NCBI GenBank assembly: GCA_030390025.1 | Contig: CM059431.1 | Location: forward strand, 158,722,001-158,786,000 | Direction of reading: 5' to 3' | Length of the DNA: 64,000 nt | From: Squalus acanthias | Taxonomy: Eukaryota | Part shown: piece by piece, positions 22,701 through 36,046 of the stretch | Layout of the letters: each line of letters starts with the position of its first letter | Position numbering within the stretch: the first letter of the stretch is position 1 | The notes under the pieces: generated by a model | The model's input: the letters and a program-made list of their open reading frames with translations, nothing else | Told to the model about the DNA's origin: nothing | The model's database searches: none | Translations under genes and position numbers: made by a program

Positions 22701-25700
22701 CCAGACCAACACCGACACCCCACTGAACCAGACCAACACCGAAACCCCACTGACCCAGCCCTACACCGACACCCCACTGAAACAGACAAACAACGAAACC
22801 CCACTGACCGAGCCCAACACCGACACCACACTGACACAGCCCAACACCGACACCACAATGACCCAGACCAACACCGACACCACACTGACACAGCCCAACA
22901 CCGACACCCCACTGACAGCCGTACACCGGCAACCCACTGACCCAGCCCAATACCGAAAGCAACTGACCCGGCCACAACCCGACACACAACTGACCGAGCC
23001 CAACACAGACACACCACTTACCCGGAACAAAACCGACATCATCTCTATCCAGTCAGACACCGACACCAGGCTGACCAAGCCCAACACCAAAACGCATTGA
23101 CACAGCCCTACAATGATACCCCACTTTCCCGGGCTAAAGCCGACATCCTCTCTGAACCAGCCCGACACCGACACTCACTGACCAAGCCCAACACCAACCC
23201 CTCACTGTCTCAATCCAACTCCGGCACCCCACTGAACAAGCCCAACATCGAAACCCCACTGGACAAGTCTTAAACCGGCACCACACTGATCCAGACCAAG
23301 ACCGACACCACACTGACCCAGCCCAACACCAACACCACACTGACCCAGCCCAACACCGACACCACACTGACCCAGGCCAATCCCGACACCACACTGACCC
23401 AGCCCAACACCGACAACTCACTTACCCAGCCCAACATCGACACCACACTGACCCAGGCCAAACCCGACACCACACTGACCCAGCCCAACACCGACACCAC
23501 ACTGATCCAGGCCAAACCCGACACCACACTGACACAGCCCAACACCAAAACGCCGCTGACCCAGCCCCACACCTACACCACACTGACCCAGCACAACACC
23601 GACACCTCACTGACCCAGCCCCACACCGACACCTCACCGACCCGACACCACACTGACCCTTCCCAACACCGACAACCTCAATGACACAGCAAAACACCGA
23701 AATCCACTGACCCGGCAGCAACCCAAAAACACACTGACCCAGGCCTACACAGACACACCACTTACCCAGTCCAAAACCGACATCCTCTCTGACCCAGCCC
23801 GACACCGGCACCCCACTTACCCAGCCCAAACCCGACAGCACACTGACCCAGCCCAACACTGCCACCCCACTGACCAAGCCCAACACCGAGACCCTCACTG
23901 AACCAACAGCGACACCCCACTCACCTTACCCAAAGACCGATAGCCCACTGACACAGACCTACAACGGCAGCCCACTGAGACAGCCATACACCGAAACCTA
24001 ACTAACACAGCCCAAAACCGATACCTCAAAGACCCAGCCCGACACCGAATCCCTCAGTAGCCCGACAGCCACACTCCACTGACCCAGGCTAACACAGATA
24101 CCACACTGACACAGCCCAACACCGACACCCCACTGACAAAGCCCAAAACGACACCCCACCCACACAGCCCAACACCGAAACCCCACTGACACAGCCCAAC
24201 ACCGAAACCCCACTGACCAACACAACACCGACACCCCACTGACCCAGCACAACACCGACACCCCACTCACACAGCCCAACACCGAAACCCCGCTGACCCA
24301 ATCCTAAACCGAAAACCCGCTGACCCAGCCCTACACCGACACACTCACTGACCCAACCCTACACCGACATCACACTGACCCAGCCCAACAGCGACACCCC
24401 ACTGACCCAGCCCAACACCGACACCCCACTGACCAAGCCCAACACCGACACCCCACTGACCCAGCCCAACACCGACACCCCACTGACACTGCCATACACC
24501 GACATACCACTGTCACAGCAAAACACCGACAACCTAACAAACACAAAACCGACACCCCACTGACCCAGTCCAACACCGAACATCCCACTGGCCTAGTCCA
24601 ACACCGACAGCCCACTGACCCAGCCCTACACCGACACTCCACTGGACAAGTCTTACACCGGCAGCCCATTGACCCCATTCAACACCGCCACCCTCTCTGA
24701 TCCAGCCCAACACCGACACTCCACTGGACAAGTCTTACACCGGCAGCCCATTGACCCCATTCAACACCGCCACCCTCTCTGATCCAGCCCAACACCGACA
24801 CCCCACTGATACAGCCCATCACCGACACCCCACTGATCCAGCCAAACAACGACACCCCAACTGATACAGTCCAATACCGAAACCCCACAGACACAGCCCA
24901 ACACTGAAACCCCACTGACACAGCCCAACACCGACACCCCACTGACACAGCCCAACTCCGACACCACACTGACACAGCCCAACAGCGATACCCCACTGAC
25001 ATAGCCCAACTCCGACACGCCACTGACACAGCCCAACACCGACACTCCACTGACCCAGACCAACCCCGACAGCCCAAAGTCCCAGCACATCACCGACACT
25101 ACACTGACCCAGCTCCACACCGGCACCTCGCTGACACAGCCCAACACCGACACCGCAATGAAACAGTCCCACACCGACACCCCACTGACAGAGCCCCTCA
25201 AAGACACCCTCACTAATCCAACACCGACAACACACTGACCCAGCCCAACACCGACACCTCACTGACCCAACAGCGACACCGCACTGACCATGCTAAAGAC
25301 CGACACACCACTGACCCAGCCATACAACGGCACTCCACTGAGCCAGCCCTACACAGACACCGCATTGACCGATCCCAAATCTGACACCCCTAAGACACAG
25401 CTCAACATCGAATTCCTCACTGGCCCGTCAGCGACACCCCACTGACCCGGCGCAACACCGACACCCCACTGACCCAGCCCTGCACCGAAACCCCACAGAG
25501 CCAGCCATACAACGACAACCCACTGACCCAGCCCTAAACGACCCCACACTGACCCAGATCAATACAAAAAACCACAATGACCCAGCCCAACACCCTCACT
25601 CCACTGACCCAATCAAATAGCGACACCGCAATGACCCTGATCAACACCGACACCCCACTGATCCAGCCAAACAACGGCACCCCAACTGATACAGTAAATA

Positions 25701-26040
25701 CCTACAAGCCACAGACGCAACCCAACACCGACATCCCACTTACACAGCCCAACACCGACACCCCACTGACATAGCCCAACACTGACACCCTCACTGACCC
25801 AACATCGACACCCCACTGACATTGACCAAGTCCGACACCCCACTGAGCCAGCCCTACACTGACACCCCACTGACCTAGACCGAAACCGACATCCACTGAT
25901 GCACCCTACCCCGACAGCCCACTGACCATGCCCGAAACTGAAACCCGACTCACACAGACCAACACCAACACCCCACTCACCCTGCCCAATACTGCACTTA
26001 CCCAACTCGACAATGACAATGCACGGACCCAGCCCCAACC
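19776..26040. repeat. C/A-rich minisatellite, long array 2 (~6.3 kb)
   Basis: 23-bp CACTGACCCAGCCCCGACACCCT-like block, then 27-bp CACTGACCCAGCCCAACACCGACACCC with 22-bp variants; exact 82-bp tandem duplication at 24641/24723. Confidence 0.95.
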
Positions 26041-26046
26041 CACGGA

Positions 26047-26224
26047 ATGACATTGCACCGTGTCTGGCACAAGAGGGGGGGCGGAGTACACTAGGGCACC
26101 GAGCACGCATGCTGGCACGGTAGCTAATCTGGCAGGAATTTGTGGACACGCTGAATGTGCTGAAATATATCTGCAGGTCCCAGGGACTGATTCCGAATGA
26201 GATGACGTACAGCAAAGATCCTGG
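26047..26224. other. Non-TE conserved block X, copy 2
   Basis: Colinear with 7019-7196. Confidence 0.8.
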
Positions 26225-29065
26225 GTGGGTTGCTGCATCTACCACCCTTTCAGGCAGTGAATTCCAGATTCCAACCACCCTCTGGGTGAAAAAGTTTTTC
26301 CTCAAATTCCCTCTAAACCCCCTGCCACTTACGTTGAAACTATGGCACCTGGTTATTGACCCCGCTTCGAAGGGTAAATGTTCCTTTCTATATACCCTAT
26401 CTATTCCGCTTATAATTTTGTACACCTCAATCAGGTCCCCCCTCAGCCTTCGCTGCTCTAAGGAAAACAACCCCAGCCTGTCCAGTCTCTCTTCATAGCT
26501 AAAGCGCTCCGGCCCAAGTAACATCCTGGTGAATCTCCTCTGCACCCTTTCAAAAGCAATCACGTCCTTCCTATAGTGTGGCGACCAGAATTGCCCACAG
26601 TATTCCAGCTGTGGTCTAACTAACGTTTTGTACAGTTCCATCATAACCTTCCTGCTTTTATATTCTATGCCTCGGCTGATGAAGGCAAGTATCCCATATG
26701 CCTTTTAAACCAACTTATCTAACTGTTCTCCTGCCTTCAGAGATCTATGTATATGCACACTAAGGTCGCTCTGGTCCTCTGTTCTTCCTACGGTCCTACC
26801 ATTCATTATGTATACCCTTGCCTTCTTAGTCCTCCCAAAATGCATCACCTCACACCTTTCAGGGTTAAATTCAATTTGCCACTTTTTTGCTCATCTGACC
26901 AACCCATCTATATCGTCCTGTAGCCTGAGGCTTCCCTCTTCGCTATTTACCACTCCAGCAATTTTCGTGTCATCTGCGAACTTACTGATCATACCTCCTA
27001 CATACATATCTAAATCATTAATGTACACTACAAACAGCAAGGGACCCAGCACCGAACCCTGCTGTACACCACTGGACACAGGCCTCCAGTCACAAAAACA
27101 ACCTTCGACCTCACCATCTGCCTCCTGCAACTAAGCCAATTTTGGATCCAATATGCCAAATTGCCCTGGATTCCATCTGCTCTTAACTTCTAGACCAGTC
27201 TCCCATGCGGGACGTTGTCAAAAGCCTTACTGAAGTCCATGTAGACTACACAACTGCACAACTCTCATCCAAACAATATTTACCCTTCGAAAAATTTTAT
27301 CAAATTGTTTAGACATGATCTCCCCCTGACAAAGCCATGCTGACTATCCTTGATTAATTATTGCCTCTCGAAGTGAAGAATAATTCTGTCACTCAGAATT
27401 GTTTCCAATAATTTCCCTACCACTGATGTTAGACTCACTGGTCTGCAGTTCGCTGCTTTATCCCTACTACCCTTCTTGAATAATGGTACTACGTTAGCTG
27501 ACCTCCAGCCCACTGGCACCTCCCCTGTGGCCAGAGTTTCTGAATTTTTTTTTTTAGATCCCCTGCAATCTCCTCCCTTGCCTCACACAGCATCCTGGGA
27601 TACATCTCGTCTGGGCCTGGGGATTTATCCATATTTAAGCCGACTAAAACCGCTAGTGCCTCCTCCCTCTCAATGATAATTTATTCAAGTATATCACAAC
27701 ACCCCCGAATGACTTATATGCCTAGTTCGTCCTTCTCTATAATGAACACAGATGCAAAATATTAATTTAAAACCTCACCTACATCTTCCGGATCTGCACA
27801 CTGCTTGCCACTTTTGTCCCTAATGGTCCCTACTCTTTCCCTGGTTATCCTCTTGCCTAAATATATTTCTAAAACACCTTGGGTATTCCTTTAGTTTGCA
27901 CACCAGGGTTTTTTATTGACCCCCTCTTCGCACTCCTAATTTTTTTCTTAAGTACCCCTCTGCAAATTCTATACTCCTCTTGGGCTTCCACTGTTTTTGG
28001 TCCTTTGTATCTGCCAAAAGGCTCCATTTTTTTCCTAAATACATTCTTGTATATCCCTTGATATCCAGGGTTCCCTGGCCTTGTTGTTCCCACCCTTAAC
28101 CTTGACGGGAACATGTTGGAACTGTACTCTCTCTATTTCTCTTCTGAATTACTCCCACTGCTCTGATTGGATTTTTCTACAAGTAGCAGATCACAGTCCA
28201 CTTTGGCCAGATCCGCACTGATCATATTAAAATCGGCCTTCCCCCAATTTAGAACACTTATCTCCGGTCCATTTTTGTCCTTTTCCATGACTACCTTAAA
28301 TCTCACTGAATTACGGTCACTGCCACCGAAATGCTCTCCGACAGACACTTCTAGCACTTGCCCGGCTACATTCCCTAGAATTAGTTCTAGTACCGCCCCC
28401 TCTCTTGTAGGACTTTCTACAAGTTAGCTCAAAAAGCTCTCCTGGATGCACTTTAAGAATTCCGCACCCTCTAAGCCTTTCACACTGTGACTATCCCAGT
28501 TAATATTGGGGAAGTTGAAAACCCCTACTATTATTACCCTATTATATCTGCACTTCTCTGAGATTTGCCTACATATCTGTTCCTCTATCGCCCCTGATGT
28601 TTGGGGGCCTATTGTACACTCCTGGGAAAGTGCTTGCCCCCTTTTTGTTTTTAAGTTCTACCCATATAGCCTCATTAGAGGAACCTGCTATGATATCATC
28701 CCTCCTTACTGCAGTAATTGACTCCTTGATTAATATTGCGACAGCCCCTCCTCCTTTACACACACATCTATCTCGCCTGAAGATTCTATACCCCGTAATA
28801 ATGAGCTGCCAGTCCTGGCACTCCCTCAACCTTGTCTCCGTGATAGCAACAATATCATACTCCCATGTGTTCATCAACTTCACTTTATCTGCCTTACTCG
28901 CAAGACTACTTGCATTGAAATGAATGCACGCCAGGCTAACCATACTCAATTGTGCCGTTACTTATTTGCTCTGACTTCCAAACTGGCTTGTTTTTTCCTC
29001 TATATTTGGCTGCGCATCAGCCCCTACTATAGCTCCACTCCGTATCCCATCCCCCTGCCAAGTTA

Positions 29066-29072
29066 GTTTAAA
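29066..29072 (-). promoter_or_regulatory. Candidate -1 frameshift slippery heptamer (family M copy 3)
   Basis: Minus strand AAT TTA AAC TAA; the -1 frame equals the frame of endonuclease ORF 28569-28949 (one intervening TAA, which is TAT in copy 1). Confidence 0.7.
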
Positions 29073-30336
29073 TTCCCCCTAACAGCACTAGCAAACTTCC
29101 CCGCAAGGATGTTGGTCCTGGTGGAACCCGACCGACTTGTACAGGGCCCACCTTCCCCAGTAACAGACAGAATGATCCAGGAAAATAAAGCCCTCCCTCC
29201 TGCACCAACTCTTTAGCCCCGCATTCATCTGCTCTATCCTTCTATTCCTATACTCACTAGCACGTGGCACCGGGAGTAATCCAGAGATTACAACGTTTTC
29301 GGTCCTGCTTTTTAATCTGCTACCTAGCTCGCTAAATTCTTGTTACAGGACCTCATCTATATTTCTAACTATGTCGTTGGTACCAATATGAATCACGACC
29401 TCGGACTTTTCGCACGGCCTCTTCATAATGCCCTGCAGCCGTTCAGTTACATTCTTGACCCTGGCACCAGGGAGGGAACTTACCATCCTGGAGTCACGTC
29501 TGCGGCCGCAGAAACGCCTGTCTGCACCCCTCAATATTGAGTCTCCTACCACTATTGCACTTCCAATTTTACTCTTCCCCCATTGTGCGGCCTAGCCACC
29601 CACAGTGCCGTGAACTTGGCTCTGGCTGCTCTCCCCAGAGGAACCGTCATTTTCACGCGTTTCCTACACAGAATAGCAGTTGTTGAGTGAGATGCACTCT
29701 GGGGCTTTCCTGACTACCGGCGTGCCCCCCTTCTTCTGACTGGTAGTCTCCCATTCCCTTTCTGACTGCACTTTCTAATTCTGCGGTGTGACCTTGTGCA
29801 AAAACGTGCTATCCATGTAAGTCTGAGCTCGGGGATACACCGCAGTGCCTCCAGCTGATGCTCGAGCTCTGAAAACCGGATCTCCAGTTGGCCAAACCTT
29901 TGGCACTTACTTTACATGTGGTCATCCTGACTGCAAGAAGCGACTAGGGATTTTAACATGCTGCAGGACGTTCAACGCACGGGACTGAGGTCCCCTGCCA
30001 TAACATTACTTAAAAAACACTTACCTCAAGTTTAAACTCTCGGATTCTCGCTCTCCCGAACTACCTTAACTATGAACTACCTTAAAAAAATAGACTTAAA
30101 ATTGAAGAAAAAAAACCACTCAACCACTATTCACTCATCAGCTTCCTCCCCTGCGCCGACGTCACTTTGGAACACGTATATCTTTTAATCTGCACCAAGG
30201 CACTTACATTTAGACGCCCAAGTTTGGAAAAAAGCGAGAAATAGAGAAATACTCATCAACCAATCATTTACCTGCTTACTGTTGACGTGACCCTTCGATT
30301 ACTTTTTACTTCTTTACACTCACCGGTCCTTTGTAT

Positions 30337-31495
30337 CTCAGCCGCACCCGCTGCATTTACTGCCGCCGAAGTCTCGTGCTCTCCAGCCGCTCCCGCTGCT
30401 TTTTCTACCGCCGAAGTCTCGTGCTCTCCAGCCGCTCCCGCTGCCTTTTCTGCCGCCGAAGTCTCGCGCTCTCCAGCCGCTCCCGCTGCTGTTACTGCCG
30501 CCAAAGTCTCGTGCTCTCCAGCGGCTCCCGCGGCTTTTTCTGCCGCCGAAGTCTCGCGCTCTCCAGCCGCTACCGCTGCTTTTTTTGCCGCCGAAGTCTC
30601 GCGCTCTCCAGCAGCTCCCGCTGCATTTACTTTCCCCGGAGTCTTGCGATCTCGAGCCGCTCCCGCAGCTTTTAATGCCCCCGATGTCTCGTGCTCTCTA
30701 GCCGCTCCCCCTGCTTGTACTGCCCCCGAAGTCTCGCGCTCTCCAGCCTCTCCCGCAGCTTTTACTGCCGCCGAAGTCTCGTGCTCTCCAGCCGCTCCCG
30801 CTGCCTTTTCTGCCGCCGAAGTCTCGCGCTCTCCAGCCGCTCCCGCTTCTTTTTCTGCCGCCGAAGTCTCGTGCTCTCCAGCCGCTCCCGCTGCCTTTTC
30901 TGCCGCCGAAGTCTCCTGCTCTCCAGTCGATCCCGCTGCCTTTTCTGCCGCCGAAGTCTCGTGCTCTCCAGCCGCTCCCGCGGCTTTTTCTGCCGCCGAA
31001 GTCTCGCGCTCTCCAGCCGCTACCGCTGCTTTTTCTGCCGCCGAATTCTCGCGCTCTCCAGCAGCTCCCGCTGCATTTACTTTCCCCGAAGTCTTGCGAT
31101 CTCCAGCCGCTCCCGCAGCTTTTAATGCCCCCGAAGTCTCGTGCTGTCTAGCCGCTCCCCCTGCTTGTACTGCCCCCGAAGTCTCGTGCTCTCCAGCCAC
31201 TCCCCCTGCTTGTTCTGCCCCCGAAGTCTCGCGCTCTCCAGCCGCTCCCGCTGCTTTTACTTCCGCCGAAGTCTCGCGATCTCCAGCCTCTCCCGCTGCT
31301 TTTACTGCCCCCGAAGTCTCGCGCTCTCCATCCGCTCCCGCTGCTTTTACTGCCGCCGAAGTCCTGTGCTCTCGAGACGCTCCAGCTGTTTTTACTTCCG
31401 CCGAAGTCTTGCGCTCTCCAGCCGCTGCCGCTGATTTTACTGCTGCCGAAGTCTGGTGCTCTCCAGCCGCTCCCGCTGATTTTACTGCCACCGAA
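30337..31495. repeat. 45-bp tandem array (~26 units) at the 5' end of CR1 family M
   Basis: GCCGCCGAAGTCTCGYGCTCTCCAGCCGCTCCCGCTGCTTTTWCT; 30370 to 31495 is exactly 25x45; 450-bp higher-order match at 30601/31051. Confidence 0.97.
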
Positions 31496-32520
31496 TATTG
31501 ACACTTTTTTATTTCATTTTTTTTAACAGCAGGTGACTTCATCACTCACTATTCGAAAACAACCTTCCTTTTTCCTGGTCAAAATCTGTCACTATTTCAT
31601 AAATATTCTGTTTCAGCTACAACAGCTTCATTAATTCCACTCTGTAGTCTCAGATGCGGATATTTGTCACACTAATCATATCAGCTGATATCCTTCCTCC
31701 TGCGTCATTCACCTGTTCTGTGAAACCATTGTTGTTGGTGTGTTCAGATCGCGGCCGTCCCTTCCCTTTTCCCTGATCTCACCCTCCTGCCCCAAGAATT
31801 TGAACTCTTCCCCCTTACTCCAGCCAAGCAGTCTCACATTGACCTGCCTCATATTTCCCTCATTAAGCGGCCCGGTGCAAAACAATCCAGAGATCTCCAG
31901 CTTGAGACCTTGTCTTTAATCTAGTGCCTCTGTCTCAATAATCCCTCTATAAACGTATTTATATCCGTGTTACTGATTCCGACCATGGGTAATTTCTTCT
32001 CTCCTTTCCTTCCCAGATTGTTCTTCTCTCTAGCACTAGGGATGCATATTCCCAATTGGCACCTGCTCAGGGCTAAAGACGAGTCTGTCTATTCACCTGA
32101 CTATAGAATCACCCACCACGATCGCTATCCTATTTTTGTTCCCAAATGCCTCTCACCTCTGCCCAACTCGGGGTGGCCTCCTGCTCTCTGGAGTCACACT
32201 GTTGCTCAGGAAAACCCTCCTTCGAGTCACTAGCTCTATCTAGCTTACTGTCCCCAATAAACAGGTATGTATTGGTCCGTTCAGATACTCAGGGCTCCCT
32301 GCACCTGTGACTGCGGTGCCCCTCTAGAGGGTCACTCACTTCCCATTTTGTACTCAGCTCATGTCCTGTTCCCTCTTCCTGTGTGAGCTGCAGGTGCTGC
32401 ACCAGATCTGCTCCCTTTGTCGGTGCAGATATTATATTTTAATAAGTTCTGTGAACCTACCTCTGTTATTTCTCATTATTCCTGAAATTGTTGAATCCTT
32501 TTCCGTGTTTCGAACTTCGG
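31496..32520 (-). mobile_element. Old, highly decayed CR1 ORF1 region
   Basis: Paralogous to 40300-43070 and 61860-62700, where MISCLPGAR-type esterase remnants are readable. Confidence 0.6.
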
Positions 32521-32719
32521 CCATGCTGGTGACAGGCGTTCCCTGGTTCTGATGCTCTTCAATAAATATATTAATAGGAGGGTTAGGCAGAAATATTAAG
32601 ATGAGAAGCAGTACGTTGCCTTATTAAACATGATATCAAGGCCCTCCTCACCCATCAGTACAGCAAACTGTTAGCTCTAGTTACCAGCATTTCCCGACTG
32701 TTACCATCATCACTCCAGA

Positions 32720-35700
32720 TCACTTGTGACACAGACAGCTGCCCAGTGAAATCCAGTGAGTCCCGCTGATCTTAAGTGTGCATTTTGTATGCCGCTCCAG
32801 ACCCGAGCCGTTCACTTCTCTTTCCACATTTTTCTCCCCTTTTTTCCTTTTCTCTCTAAACCTACCTGATCGCTCTCTCCAGTCGTCATACCTCCTTTCA
32901 TCTCTGCTCTTTCGGATATACTGCTTTCCCAAATCCATATCACAATCCTTGCACATCCCCCTTCCATCTCAAACTTAGTTCGTTCTGTGTAGAAGAATCT
33001 CTCTCCCAACTCTATTAAAAACTGCATTTACGAAATCCCAGCTATCCCACTTTTGGCCCTCCATTCACCACATACTTTCTACAGCTCCCGATCACACCCA
33101 CACCACCACCTTCGATGCCCTACTCCCTATTAAATCAATCACATTTTCTCTCCCTGGATTTTCCAATTGGTACCGTCCTCATTTCGCACCCTTAATTCCA
33201 AGAGACGCAGAATTGAACTGATATGGCGGACAATGGGTTTAGCCATTTGCCGCCAGTTCTGGCTGGACCTACATAAAGCATTACGGGTCCTGCTGTCGTC
33301 TGCAACAATTGCTCACTATTCCAAAATCATTCTGGAATGCAAAGACAAACCCCGGCTTCTATTCTCCACTGCTAACCATCTTCTTAAACCTCTCTCCCCT
33401 GTCTCCTCTACCCTCACATCCAACAGCAATTGCGAGAGGCTCATAAATGTATTTGTCTCTAAGATTCAGACCATCCGATCAGCTGCCTCTGTCAGTTCTC
33501 ATCCTTTCCCTATCCAACCGGGAAAATATTCAATAACGTTCCCTCTGCCCTAGCCCTGAACTCGCATCTTTCTCCAGCTTCTCCCTGGTCTCCTCCCCTG
33601 ATCTCTCCCTCACTCATCGTGTCTATTAGACCCAGTTCCTGCTCGCTCGATCCTATTCCCAGCTAACTGCTGAACACCCATTTCCTTTTTTGGCTCCCAT
33701 GTTAGCTAACATTATTAATGGCTCTCTCTCCTCAGGTACTGTCCCTCTCTCCTTCAAATCTGCCGACATCACCACTCTCCTCAAATAAATAACTCTCGAC
33801 TGCTCCGTCCTTGCAAATTTACGCCCCAACTCCAACTTCCCTTTTCGCTCCAAATTCCTTGAACATGTTATTGCCTTCCAAAGCCATTCCCATCCTTCCT
33901 GGAACTCCATATTTGAGTGCCTCCGATCGGGTTGCCACAGTAATGAAACGGCTCTCATCAAGGTCACAAATGACATCCTTTGTGACTGCGAAAAAGACAA
34001 ATTATGCCTCCTCGGCCTTCTCGACTTCTCAGCACCCTTTGACACGGTTGACCACTCCACACTCCTCCAACGCCTTCCCACCATCGTTCAGCTGTTTGGA
34101 ACTGCACTCGTCTGGTTCCATTCTTATTCATCATAGACAGAGAATCACCTGCAATGGCTTCTCTTCTCACTCGCGCATCACTGCCTCTGGTTTCCCCCAA
34201 GAATCTATCCTTGATCCCTTCCTATTTTTCATCTACATGCTGCCCCCTGACAACATCATCGGAAAACAAAGCTTCAGTTTCCACGTTTACGCTGACGACA
34301 CGCAGCTCCAGATCACTACCACTTCTCTCGACCCCTTCACTGTCTCTAAATTGTCAGACTGCTTGTCCGACATCCAGTTCTGGATGAGCAGAAATTTTCT
34401 CCAGTTAAATATTGGGAAGCCATTTTTTTCATTCCCCGTCACTGACTCCATCCCTCTCCCTCACATGTGTCTGAGGTTCAACGACACTATTTGCAATCTT
34501 GGATTCAGATTTGTGCCTGAAAGCTGCCTCCGACAAAGTTTCCGCGGCCTAACTAAGACCGCCTATTTCCACCTCCACCATCGCTTGTCTCCAAACCTGC
34601 ATCAGAACATCTGCTCCTGAACCCGCATCCATGCCTTTGGAACCTCTAGATTTGACTGTTCCAAACCACTCCTGGCTGGCCACCCACATTCTACCCTACG
34701 TATATTAGAGGCCACTCTAAACTCGGGTACCAGTGTCCTACTCGCACAAAGTGCCATTCACCCATCACCCCTGTGCTCGCAGACCTTGGACAACGTGGAC
34801 AACTTTCCATACCGCGGGAACCTACTGTAAACAAGTGCGTCGATGACGAAGTCCAACACTGCCTTCAGTGTGCCAGTGCAGCCTTCGTTCGCATGAGGAT
34901 GAGAGTGTTTGAAGACCAGGCCCGCAAACCCAGCACCAAGCTAATGGTCAACTGAGCAGTAGTGATAACCGCCCTCCTGTATGCTTCGGAGTCATGGAGC
35001 AAGTACAGCAAGCACCTCAAAGATCTGGAGAGGTAACACCAACGCTGCCTCCGCAAGATCCTGCAAATCTATTGGCTGGATATGCGCAACAACATCAGTG
35101 TTCTCGCTCAGGCCAACATCCCCAGCATCGAAGCTTTCACCATGTTGGATCAGTTCCGATGGACGGGCCACATCGTCCGCATGCCCGATACGAGACTCCC
35201 AAAACAAGAGCTGTACTCGGAGCTCCGACACAGCAAGAGAAACCCAGAAGTGCAGAGGAAACGCTTCGAGGACACCCGCAAAGCCTGCTTGAAAAAGTGC
35301 AACATCCCCACCCACACCTGGGAATTCCTGGCCCAAGACCAGACAAGGTGGAAGTGAAGCACACGGGAGGGCGCCGATCACCTCGAGCCTCTTCGCCGGG
35401 AGCAAGCGGAAGCCAAGTGCAAATAGCGGAAGGAGCGCAGGTCAAACCAAGCACCCCACCCACCCGGCCATTCAACCACCGTGCGGCCCATCTATGACAG
35501 CAACTGTAGGTACCGCATTGTACTCATCATGCACCTGGGAACTCATTTTTAGTGTCGAAGCAAGTCATCCTCGGTTCCGAGGGACTGCATAAGAAGAAGA
35601 GACATTGGATGCCGGTTAAGCAACGCCTCGATTTCAAAATTCTCACCCTTCTTTTCAATTCCCTCCATGGCCTCCCACCTCCCTACCTCTAATCTCTTCC

Positions 35701-35970
35701 AGCCACTACGCCCCACCCCAAGATAGATGCGCACCTATAATTCAGCCCATTTGCGCATCCCTGATTATATTCGCTCAACTATTGGTGGCCGTGCCTTCAG
35801 TTGCCAAGGCTCTAAGCTGTGGAAATCCCTCATTAAACCTCTCCGCCTCTCTACCTCTTACCTCTATTTAACTTATTTACATCGCTCCTTAAAAACTACC
35901 TGTTTGACCAATCTTTTAGTCATCTGCGCTAATTTCAGATTATGTGTCACGGTGCTAATTTATTTTCCTA
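32720..35970 (+). mobile_element. L2-clade LINE, internally deleted
   Basis: FPQESILDP, YADDTQL; colinear with 43270-47035 apart from ~1.35 kb missing near 32950. Confidence 0.85.
34787..35601 (+). mobile_element. RTE LINE 3' fragment (paralog of 17306-18120)
   Basis: Same junctions; ORF 35082-35357 contains WTGHIVRMPDTRLPKQELYSEL. Confidence 0.85.
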
Positions 35971-36046
35971 TAACAACAACTTTTATACGTATAACGCCTT
36001 TAACGTCCTAAAACGTCCCAAGGCACTGCACAGGACTATTGTAAGA

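Larger units (their letters stand above)
26225..31495 (-). mobile_element. CR1 family M copy 3, uninterrupted, lacking its 3' tail, with 5' monomer array
   Basis: ORF1 ATG at 30001, esterase 29343-29552, endonuclease 28569-28949, RT 26891-27130 (FADDTK), C-terminus to ~26226. Confidence 0.9.

Noticed and set aside
19941..25900. Many Cys/Trp/Gly/Val-rich ORFs (CRCWAGSVG, GVGLGQW, TQPNTDTPL)
   Set aside because: Translations of a 27-bp stop-poor minisatellite in several frames; frequent 22/23-bp units break the frame
30337..31495. CRISPR array
   Set aside because: Contiguous repeats without unique spacers, no cas genes, eukaryotic context
30287..31545. Ala-rich 404-aa and 425-aa ORFs as an antifreeze or ice-nucleation-like gene
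   Set aside because: The unit is a multiple of 3 and open on both strands, the paralog has ~2 units, and it sits at a LINE 5' end. Not called as CDS
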